Positions 1 to 7,124 of a DNA stretch of 45,611 nt are shown one piece after another. The notes below the pieces were generated by a model. The model saw only the letters and a program-made list of their open reading frames with translations, did not search any database and had not been told where the DNA came from. The DNA comes from Thiohalocapsa sp. (lineage in GTDB: Bacteria; Pseudomonadota; Alphaproteobacteria; ATCC43930; CGMCC-115725): assembly GCA_050257895.1 (NCBI GenBank), contig JBLMXS010000401.1, positions 1 through 45,611 of the forward strand, read 5' to 3'. The number at the start of each line of letters is the position of its first letter. Within the stretch, counting starts at the first letter, position 1. The position numbers and the translations under genes were made by a program.

Positions 1-1693
1 GATCGAGCCCGAAGCCGGTGATCGCGTCGGCGCCGTAGAAGCTGTTGCCGTTGGCGTCGACCATCGAGCTGACCGCTGAGCTGAGCCGCAGCGGCGCATC
101 GGTCGCCGCTTGCCGCGAAGAGCCGCGCATCTGGCCGTCGAGGATCGGCAGCTTGCTGCTCTCCAGCGTCGCGATCGTGCCGGTGCTGACCGCAATCGTC
201 GAACGCTGATCGGCGCCGGCGCCGTCGATCGCGAGGCTGCCCTGCAGCGAATGGGCCGCCGAGAGGGTCGAGGCGTCGCCGATTTTCGTTGTCGCCGGCG
301 CGATGACGTACAGCGGCGAGACATTGGCATTCGCCAGGTTGCCGCCAGCCTGCGGCCGCACAAACGGGATTGTCGAATCCAGCGCCGCGTCCGGCTGCAC
401 TTCGAAGGCAAAGACCCGCGGCATCGCATTGTTGCCGGTCGTCGTCGAAGCGGCGGCGGTGGCATTGTAGAATTCCGCGTTGACCGGCGTCCCGCCGGTG
501 ATGAAGAGACGCTCGTCCGGCTGCTGCGTCGGCTGGATGCTGGCGTAAAAGAATGTTTTGTCGGACGACAGGAAACTCGTTCCGGTAAAGGTGCCGAGGG
601 CGCTCGACGTCCCCTCCGGTCCGAATGTCGACGATCCCACGGTCAGCGGAAACTTCGTCTTGCCCAACGCACCGACGGTGCCGGTGAATACGCCGTTCTG
701 CAGACTGGCGCCGCTGTAGGCGGCATCAGCCTGCGCGGTCTGGTCGACAAAGCCGTTGGCGGTCCCGTTGCCGTTGGTGCTCTTCACCCGGCCGGCGAGC
801 TTCACAGCCGTCGTATTGGTTATGACGGTCAATGAACAGGCGCCCTGGTCCACGCAGTCCAGAATCTGCCCCGCGGAATTCGGTTCGGGGTTGATGGTCT
901 TATTCGAATTCGGCGGCGGAGCCAGAGGTTCCTTAACAATGGGCACCACCGAGGTCGCCGGCGCAACAGTGGAAACCGTCCGCGACAAGCCGCTCCTGAC
1001 AACGGTCGCCTCGGTTGGGACGACAGCAGCGCCGCCGCTGGTGCCGGGGCGACCGTCGAGCTGCTGCAGGTAGGTCGCCAGCTGCCCCGCCGGTACTGCG
1101 ACTGGCTGCGATATGAAACCGCCCGGCCCGACGATCGCGGAAAAACCCGGGCGGTGCAGCGTCGTGCTGGCGCCGCTTGTTCCGGTGACGGTCAAGCCGC
1201 GCCCGAAGATGAAGATCGCCTCGGTATTGCCGTTGCGGGCGACGTTCACAACAAAGGCACCGCCACGCACCGCTAGCGTCGCCGTCGCCGTGCGCACGGT
1301 CACCCCTTGATCCTGCTTGCTCAGCTTGCCGCCGACATAGCGCAGCAAACCGCGGGTCGCGCTCATCGCCAGCTTGCCGGTGCCGGTTTTCGGGTCATAG
1401 ACGAACTGGTCGATCACGAGGTCGGAATCCGGGCCGACCGTCATCGCCGATTCATCGAGGAACAACAGCTGGGTCTGCCCGGTCGGCCCCGTCGTGATGT
1501 GCTCGTTGAATATGACGTCCTGGCCGATCACCAGCCGGCGCGGCGCCGCTCCGGGGGGCGCCCCGATCGCCTCCGGATTGACGGCGCTACTGATCCCGAC
1601 CCTCTCCTGGGCCTGCAGCTGACCACTCGCGGCAGCGAGCAGCAGCGCCGCGGCGAGGGCCCCATGAAACGGCCGGCGGCCAAATCCGATCAT
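1..1693 (-). CDS. FecR-domain exported protein, N-terminal ~564 aa only (C-terminus lies beyond the left window edge)
   Basis: Absent from the ORF track because it has no stop inside the window. Reverse translation from the ATG at 1693 gives MIGFGRRPFHGALAAALLLAAASGQLQAQE, a signal peptide with no lipobox Cys. It continues GQDVIFNEHITTGPTGQTQLLFLDESAMTVGPDSDLVIDQFVYDP...LRYVGGKLSK...LAVRGGAFVV, which matches the FecR-domain signature. I checked by hand that this frame has no stop down to nt 2. The distal part is S/T/G/A-rich. Confidence 0.7.
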   Translation of the reverse strand, partial: MIGFGRRPFHGALAAALLLAAASGQLQAQERVGISSAVNPEAIGAPPGAAPRRLVIGQDVIFNEHITTGPTGQTQLLFLDESAMTVGPDSDLVIDQFVYDPKTGTGKLAMSATRGLLRYVGGKLSKQDQGVTVRTATATLAVRGGAFVVNVARNGNTEAIFIFGRGLTVTGTSGASTTLHRPGFSAIVGPGGFISQPVAVPAGQLATYLQQLDGRPGTSGGAAVVPTEATVVRSGLSRTVSTVAPATSVVPIVKEPLAPPPNSNKTINPEPNSAGQILDCVDQGACSLTVITNTTAVKLAGRVKSTNGNGTANGFVDQTAQADAAYSGASLQNGVFTGTVGALGKTKFPLTVGSSTFGPEGTSSALGTFTGTSFLSSDKTFFYASIQPTQQPDERLFITGGTPVNAEFYNATAAASTTTGNNAMPRVFAFEVQPDAALDSTIPFVRPQAGGNLANANVSPLYVIAPATTKIGDASTLSAAHSLQGSLAIDGAGADQRSTIAVSTGTIATLESSKLPILDGQMRGSSRQAATDAPLRLSSAVSSMVDANGNSFYGADAITGFGLD

Positions 1694-1730
1694 CACCTGC
1701 TCCCAACGCCGCTTCCCCACCCGGCGATGG

Positions 1731-3185
1731 CTAAAAGCGGATCAGCGGTCCGATCAGCACGCTGTTGTTGGTGTAGCCGTAGAGCGACAGGTTCGACGAC
1801 ACGATGTCGCGCTGCACCTGCAGCAGGACCGAGACGTCCTCGCTGACCTGGAAGTTCTGCGTGATGCCGAAGCGCCAGCGCGCGTCCGAGCGGGCGGCGG
1901 TCTTGAAGACCAGCGGGTTGCTGCTGACGCTGCAGCAGGGATCGGGCCCGTCGTAGAAGCTGTGGCTGTAGCCGACGATGAACGTCGTCTCCCACGGCAG
2001 CGGCAGCCAGCCGGTCGGGTCCGGGTAGCGGATGCGATAGGCCGCGGCGCCGCCATAAGTGTCGTTGGCGTACCGCGCGAGGCGGGTGTCCTGGCGGAGG
2101 AAGTCGAATTCGAGACTGAGTTCGGACGCGGGATCGACGGTGATCGGCCGGCTGACGAACAGCGAGACCAGCTTGTCGCTGCCGTTGAGCCCTCGCGACA
2201 GCGGCCGGTCCGGTGCGTTGGTAAAATTCTTCTGGCGGAATTCGAAGATCGATCTGAAGTGAAAGTCCTGCCACACCTGCGACGTCAGCTCGCTGCCGAC
2301 GCCAAAGGTGTTGAAATACTGATTGCCGCCGAGGCTGACGTCATTGACGATCGCATACGGCTTCAGCGACGCGGCTTGGATCCCGGGGGCCGGGTCGAGC
2401 GTGTTGATGCGCGGCCCGACCGTCAGTTCGGCGAGGCCGAGGTCGAGCCGCGTCACGCTGCTGTAATGATTGGCGTAACCGGTGCCGCCGACTTCGACCG
2501 CGTCGCGGGTCTGCGTCCCGAGGTCGTAGCTGTAGAGAAACGAGCCGGTGCCGAACACGTTCTCGTCGCGCTTCTTGACGAAATCGCTGCCCAGCAGCAC
2601 CGGGCCGACCGGCGATTGGATGATCGGGGAGCCTGGCGCCAGATTGGCGTCGGACTGGGTCTGCACGCCGAACAGGACAAAGCCGGTGAAGTGCTGCACG
2701 CCGCTGCGGCGGGCGATCTCGCCGAGATAGCGCTCGATGCGCGCGCGCACCTCGGCCGGCGGGTTGGCGGCCAGCGCCTTCTGGAAATAGCTGCGCGAGA
2801 TGTCGTAGGAGCCCATCCGGAAATAGAGCGCCCCGATCTCGAGCTGGACGCGCGGCAGGTTCGGGTTGAACAACAGCATGCGGTCGAGGGCAGACACCGC
2901 CGCCTCGAAGTCGCCGAGCTTCGCCGCCGCGTCGGCGTAGGCAAAGGCGACATCGAGGTTGGCCGGGTCGCGCAAGGTCTGCGCGAACAGCGCCTCCTTG
3001 CGTACCTGCAATTGCGTGCGCTCGCTGCCGGACAGCGGTTGCGCACCGGCGTCGCGGCAGACGAACGCGGTGAGGACGAACGCGGTGAGCGCGAGCACCA
3101 GCATAAACGCGAACGGCGAGGAACGCCGCCAGCGGCGCAGCCGATCGCCGAGGTGCCGATAACAGCTGAACACTCCGCCCCCCAA
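1731..3185 (-). CDS. outer-membrane protein with N-terminal TPR region and C-terminal beta-barrel (Slam/DUF560-like architecture)
   Basis: ORF track, 484 aa. The track start is TTG; GTG at 3173 or ATG at 3104 are alternatives. It has an Arg-rich then hydrophobic N-terminus and TPR-like helices (AFAYADAAAKLGDFEAAVSALDRMLLFNPNLPRVQLEIGALYFRMGSYDISRSYFQKALAANP). About 330 aa of alternating-polarity strands follow, ending VLIGPLIRF; a C-terminal Phe is typical of OMPs. The stop lies 37 nt upstream of the FecR-domain gene start. Confidence 0.7.
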   Translation of the reverse strand: MGGGVFSCYRHLGDRLRRWRRSSPFAFMLVLALTAFVLTAFVCRDAGAQPLSGSERTQLQVRKEALFAQTLRDPANLDVAFAYADAAAKLGDFEAAVSALDRMLLFNPNLPRVQLEIGALYFRMGSYDISRSYFQKALAANPPAEVRARIERYLGEIARRSGVQHFTGFVLFGVQTQSDANLAPGSPIIQSPVGPVLLGSDFVKKRDENVFGTGSFLYSYDLGTQTRDAVEVGGTGYANHYSSVTRLDLGLAELTVGPRINTLDPAPGIQAASLKPYAIVNDVSLGGNQYFNTFGVGSELTSQVWQDFHFRSIFEFRQKNFTNAPDRPLSRGLNGSDKLVSLFVSRPITVDPASELSLEFDFLRQDTRLARYANDTYGGAAAYRIRYPDPTGWLPLPWETTFIVGYSHSFYDGPDPCCSVSSNPLVFKTAARSDARWRFGITQNFQVSEDVSVLLQVQRDIVSSNLSLYGYTNNSVLIGPLIRF

Positions 3186-3405
3186 CTCCGCGGGTGCGCT
3201 TCCGCCTCAAGCGTATCTAACCGCGGGTTGTTTCGCAACCGAGGCAGCGCCACTTCCGAATAATATGACGCAACCGGCGGCGACTGTGGCATTGCTGCCG
3301 GAAACGGGGTCGGCCGTGCTGGGGCGACCCGCTTGATGGCGGCGTCAAATCCGGCGCACTCTATGGCCCGACCAACGCCGCCGCCGAATCGGGGAAGGAG
3401 CAGCG

Positions 3406-4656
3406 ATGAACGGGGCTTTTTACGATGCCCAGGAGACGCGCGATCCGGCCCAGCGCGAAGCGGCCCTGATGGCGGCGCTCCCCAATGTCGTCGCGGCGGC
3501 GCGACAGCACGCGCCGGCCTACCGCGAGCGGCTTGCCAAGGTGCGCCCGCAGGACATCGTCGACCGCCGAGCGCTGGCCGATCTGCCGCTCACCCGCAAG
3601 TCCGACCTTATCGAATTGCAGCGCCGCAATCCGCCCTTCGGCGGCTTGGCCGCGGTGCCGGTCGGGACGGTGGCGCGGATCTTTGCCTCGCCCGGGCCGA
3701 TCTACGAGCTGGAAGCGCGGCGGCCCGATTTTTTCCGCATGGCGCGCGCGCTGTTCGCCGCCGGCATCCGCGCCGGCGACCTCATCCATAACACGTTCTC
3801 TTATCACCTGACGCCGGCCGGGGCGATGCTCGAAGGGGCGGCGCTGGCGCTCGGCTGCCCGGTCATTCCGGCCGGAATCGGTCAGACCGAGCAGCAGCTG
3901 CGCACGATCGCAGACCTGCGGCCGGTCGCCTATGTCGGTACCCCGTCCTTTCTGAAGATCCTCCTCGACCGGGCCGCCGAGCAGGGGAGCGAGATCGGCT
4001 CGCTGAGAAAGGCGCTGGTCGGCGCCGAGGCGTTCCCGGCGGCGTTGCGCGCCGAGTTCCAGGCGCACGGCATCGCCGCCTTGCAATGCTACGGCACCGC
4101 CGATCTCGGGCTCATCGCTTATGAGAGCCTCGCGCCGGACGGGTCGGTCTGCCCGGGCATGGTGCTCGACGAAGGGATCATCGTCGAACTGGTGCATCCC
4201 GGGACCGGCGATCCGGTGCCGCCGGGCGAGGTCGGCGAGGTCGTCCTGACGACGCTGACGCCGGAATACCCGCTGATTCGCTTCGCGACCGGCGATCTGT
4301 CGGCGATCCTGCCGGGCCCCAGCCCGTGCGGCCGCACCAACCACCGCATCCGCGGCTGGCTCGGGCGCGCCGACCAGACCGCCAAGGTGCGCGGCATGTT
4401 CGTGCATCCGGTGCAAATTGCCGAGATCGTGCAGCGGCACAAATCGATCATCGCGGCGCGGCTGGTGATCGAGCGCGAGCAGATGGCCGACCGGATGCGG
4501 CTGCTCGTCGAGATGGGGGAGCCGGCCGAGCCCGCCGCCGCCATTGCCGCAACCTTGCAGGCCGTCACCAAATTGCGCGGCGATGTCAGCTTTGTGCCGC
4601 AGGGCAGCCTGCCCAACGACGGCAAGGCGATCGAGGACCGCCGGCCGCTTTGTTAA
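3406..4656 (+). CDS. phenylacetate-CoA ligase family (PaaK-like adenylate-forming enzyme)
   Basis: 416-aa ORF with ATG preceded by GGGGAAGGAG. The N-terminus (YRERLAKV...DLPLTRKSDL...NPPFGG) and the core (VAYVGTPSFLKILL, YGTADLGLIAYE, GEVVLTTL) are typical of the PaaK-like subfamily. Confidence 0.8.
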   Translation: MNGAFYDAQETRDPAQREAALMAALPNVVAAARQHAPAYRERLAKVRPQDIVDRRALADLPLTRKSDLIELQRRNPPFGGLAAVPVGTVARIFASPGPIYELEARRPDFFRMARALFAAGIRAGDLIHNTFSYHLTPAGAMLEGAALALGCPVIPAGIGQTEQQLRTIADLRPVAYVGTPSFLKILLDRAAEQGSEIGSLRKALVGAEAFPAALRAEFQAHGIAALQCYGTADLGLIAYESLAPDGSVCPGMVLDEGIIVELVHPGTGDPVPPGEVGEVVLTTLTPEYPLIRFATGDLSAILPGPSPCGRTNHRIRGWLGRADQTAKVRGMFVHPVQIAEIVQRHKSIIAARLVIEREQMADRMRLLVEMGEPAEPAAAIAATLQAVTKLRGDVSFVPQGSLPNDGKAIEDRRPLC

Positions 4657-4750
4657 ACCCGGCTCGATGAGGCGGATCTGTTAAGAATCATCATTGAAAT
4701 GCCGTATTTCCTTCAAACCGCAGTCCTAATTCAGCGGCTAAATGGGCAGC

Positions 4751-4857
4751 GTAGGGTTCGTCCTTACAGGTTTGTCCCCCAAACCTCCTGCCCGGCCGAT
4801 CCTGTCGGCCGGGCGCTAGTGCGGCTCCGGAACTCCCCCTCCGGAGCCGCTTTTTTG
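4751..4857 (+). ncRNA. candidate structured RNA (independent sRNA or ccmAB leader/attenuator): four consecutive hairpins, the last an intrinsic terminator
   Basis: Hairpins at 4751-4767, 4768-4786 (loop GUCCCCC), 4790-4814 (10-bp GC stem) and 4821-4850 (loop AACUCCCCCU) followed by T6. An unpaired CCUCCU lies at 4784-4789. The 5' end is not determined. Confidence 0.3.
4821..4856 (+). terminator. rho-independent terminator (GCGGCTCCGG-N10-CCGGAGCCGC-TTTTTT)
   Basis: Perfect 10-bp GC-rich stem followed directly by six T on the + strand. The T-tract orientation fixes the strand. Confidence 0.75.
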
Positions 4858-4862
4858 TCGGC

Positions 4863-5549
4863 ATGAGGCCGCCGCGAGACGCCTTCGAGCGGGCGGAGCT
4901 GGTCGGGCGGGGCCTGGCCTGCCGACGCGGCGGCAGGCTGGTGTTTGCCGGTCTCGATTGCGCGCTGCCGGCCGGCGGCGCGTTGATTCTGACCGGCAGC
5001 AACGGTAGCGGCAAGTCGAGCCTGTTGCGTCTCCTGGCGAGTTTGCTGGAGCCGGCGGCGGGTCAATTGCTGTGGGATGGCCTGCCGGTGGGGCAGGATG
5101 CCGCCGCCTACCGTGCGCGGATCGGCTATCTTGGCCATCTCGATGCGGCAAAGCCGGCGCTGACGGCGCGTGAGACGCTGCAGTTCTGGGCGGCGCTCGC
5201 GGATGCGCCGCTGCCCGACCCGGACGCGGCGCTAGAGGCGCTCGACCGGTTCGGGCTGAGCGCGGCGGCGGACTGGCCTTGCCGCTGGCTGTCGGCCGGG
5301 CAGCGCCGGCGTCTCGCGCTGGCGCGCCTCGTCGCGGCTCCGGCGGCGGTCTGGCTGCTCGACGAGCCGACCACGGCGCTCGACAGCGACGGCGAAGCGC
5401 GGCTGTCGGCGGCGATCGCACAGCACCGCGCCGAGGCGGGGCGCGTCGTCATCGCGACGCATCAGCCGCTCGCCCTCGCGGGCGCCGCGACAATCGCGCT
5501 CGACGACTACGCCGTCTCGCGCCAAGAGGCGCTTGCGACCCTGTGGTGA
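4863..5549 (+). CDS. ccmA: heme exporter ATP-binding protein CcmA
   Basis: Walker A GSNGSGKSSLLRLL, ABC signature LSAGQRRRLALARL and Walker B WLLDEPTTALD. ATGA overlap with ccmB. No in-frame ATG/GTG lies downstream before the conserved N-terminal strand, so ATG 4863 is the start; it has no SD. Confidence 0.9.
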   Translation: MRPPRDAFERAELVGRGLACRRGGRLVFAGLDCALPAGGALILTGSNGSGKSSLLRLLASLLEPAAGQLLWDGLPVGQDAAAYRARIGYLGHLDAAKPALTARETLQFWAALADAPLPDPDAALEALDRFGLSAAADWPCRWLSAGQRRRLALARLVAAPAAVWLLDEPTTALDSDGEARLSAAIAQHRAEAGRVVIATHQPLALAGAATIALDDYAVSRQEALATLW

Positions 5550-6214
5550 TGGCGCCGTTTCTCGGGCTGCTGCGCCGCGATCTGCGGCTGTCGTTGCGGC
5601 AGGGCGGCGAGATCGGCCTCGTCGTCGGGTTCTTCGTGCTGGCGGTACTGCTGTTTCCGTTCGGGGTCGGACCGGAGCCGGAGCTGCTCGGGCGCATCGC
5701 CGCCGGCATCATCTGGGCGGCGGCGCTGCTGGCGGCGGTGTTGAGCCTCGACCGCCTGTTCGCGGCCGATCATGCCGACGGCAATCTCGATCTGATCGCG
5801 CTGTCGCCGGCGCCGCTCGAACTGGCGGTGCTGACCAAGGCGGCGGCGCATTGGCTGACGACCGGGCTGCCGCTGTGCATTGTCAGCCCGCTCTTGGCGA
5901 TCGTCGTCGATCTCGACCCGCGCGCCATCCCGGTGCTGCTGGCGGGCCTGGTGATCGGCACCCCCGCCCTCAGCCTGTTGGGGATGATCGCCGCGGCGCT
6001 GACCCTGGGCGCGCGGCGGCCCGGCGTGCTGGTGGCGCTGCTGGTGCTGCCGCTCTACCTGCCGCCGCTGATCTTCGGCACCGGCGCCGTCGAGGCGACG
6101 CTCACCGCCGAGGGGGCCCGCGCCGACCTCTTGCTGCTCGCCGCCATCACGCTGGCGGCGCTGCCGCTGGCGCCGCTGGCGACCGCGGCCGCGCTCCGCC
6201 AGGCGCTCGACTAG
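5549..6214 (+). CDS. ccmB: heme exporter membrane protein CcmB
   Basis: In-frame ATG at 5549 overlaps the ccmA stop (ATGA). MAPFLGLLRRDLRLSLRQGGE... is followed by six hydrophobic segments, and FAADHADGNLDLIALSP is typical of CcmB. The longer track ORF (5279) overlaps ccmA and is rejected. Confidence 0.9.
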   Translation: MAPFLGLLRRDLRLSLRQGGEIGLVVGFFVLAVLLFPFGVGPEPELLGRIAAGIIWAAALLAAVLSLDRLFAADHADGNLDLIALSPAPLELAVLTKAAAHWLTTGLPLCIVSPLLAIVVDLDPRAIPVLLAGLVIGTPALSLLGMIAAALTLGARRPGVLVALLVLPLYLPPLIFGTGAVEATLTAEGARADLLLLAAITLAALPLAPLATAAALRQALD

Positions 6215-6242
6215 CTGTGCTTTGCAGGCGATAGCTCTAGCT

Positions 6243-6329
6243 TGTCATACCGGCGAAAGCGAAAGCCGGGACCCATTTCCCGATTGTCGAGATGTGGCCG
6301 TGATGGATCCCGGCTTGCGCCGGGATGAC
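6243..6329. repeat. REP/MITE-like palindromic element, family A (TGTCATnCCGGCG..GCCGGGAnCCAT arms)
   Basis: The left arm tgtcataccggcgaaagcgaaagccgggacccat is the near reverse complement of the right arm atggatcccggcttgcgccgggatgaca. Related copies lie at 28071-28152 and 33767-33849. Confidence 0.8.
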
Positions 6330-6348
6330 AACGGGGCAGCCGCTGGCG

Positions 6349-6918
6349 CTATCTGAAGTCGTCGGTGGTGAAGATCGCTTCGAACCTGATCCCGAGACGT
6401 TTGAAGTTCTCTTTGGCCCCTTCCAGCCGGTCGACCAGGGATACGACGCACACGATCTTGCAGCCCCGCGCCTCCAGGGCGCGAACAGCCTTCAACGCGG
6501 ACTCGCCCTTGGTGGTCACATCCTCGATGACGACAGCCGATGCGCCGTCTTCGATGAAGCCGTCGATCAGCTTCCTTGTCCCGTGGTCTTTCGCTTCATC
6601 CCTGACGAAAAAACCTTTGATCGGACGTTCCGGCCAACTCCTGGCGCAAATCGCCACCATCGGCGCAATCGCGCCTGTCGCCAGCCCGCCTAAATACTCA
6701 AAATCGAATTGCTTGAGGTAATCGAAGACCACCTCGCCGACCAGCCAAGCGCCCTCCGGGTGTAGGGTCGTCATCTTCATGTCGAAGTAATATTTGCTGC
6801 GTTCCCCCGAAACCAGCAGGAACTCTCTGTCTTTGAGCAGGGAGTTTTGCTGGATGATGTCGCGCAGCCGTCGCCGTTTCGCGACGATCGACCCCTCGTC
6901 GATGACCCGCTCGGCCAT
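6349..6918 (-). CDS. pyrE: orotate phosphoribosyltransferase-like type I PRTase
   Basis: 189 aa. FLLVSGERSKYYFD, FFVRDEAKDHG and the PRPP loop AVVIEDVTTKGES parallel the PyrE motifs FTLKSGRKSPYFFN, RKEAKDHG and VDDVITAG. The gene is visibly more AT-rich than its flanks. Confidence 0.75.
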   Translation of the reverse strand: MAERVIDEGSIVAKRRRLRDIIQQNSLLKDREFLLVSGERSKYYFDMKMTTLHPEGAWLVGEVVFDYLKQFDFEYLGGLATGAIAPMVAICARSWPERPIKGFFVRDEAKDHGTRKLIDGFIEDGASAVVIEDVTTKGESALKAVRALEARGCKIVCVVSLVDRLEGAKENFKRLGIRFEAIFTTDDFR

Positions 6919-7124
6919 CAGCTACCCCGCCACGGTGGACTCACAAGACAACGCCGACGTCGGCCCTGCAGCAATATGCCGTGGCCCCGTCGACGCACAC
7001 AACATAGCAGATTGGCGGCTGATCGCCGCTGTCAAGCGGCAGGCTCTAGGCGCCGTCCCGGCTGCCGCCGCGGCGCGAATCTGCTACATAGCGCCATCGG
7101 CGATGAGCCGGGGCAAAAGAGAAC

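Noticed and set aside
1962-3263. Long + strand ORF (433 aa), plus 2341..3210 and 2453..3292 on the - strand, overlapping the OMP gene
   Set aside because: The translations are Arg/Ala/Pro/Gly-rich and low in complexity, with no motifs. They are frame shadows of a high-GC gene. The 1731..3185 frame has the TPR and OMP features.
4751-4767. T-arm-like hairpin (GTAGGG-TTCGT-CCTTAC) suggesting a tRNA or a two-piece tmRNA acceptor fragment
   Set aside because: There is no acceptor stem, no CCA context, no D or anticodon arms, and no tag-peptide reading frame (no ANDN-type ORF) nearby. I treat it as part of the structured element instead.
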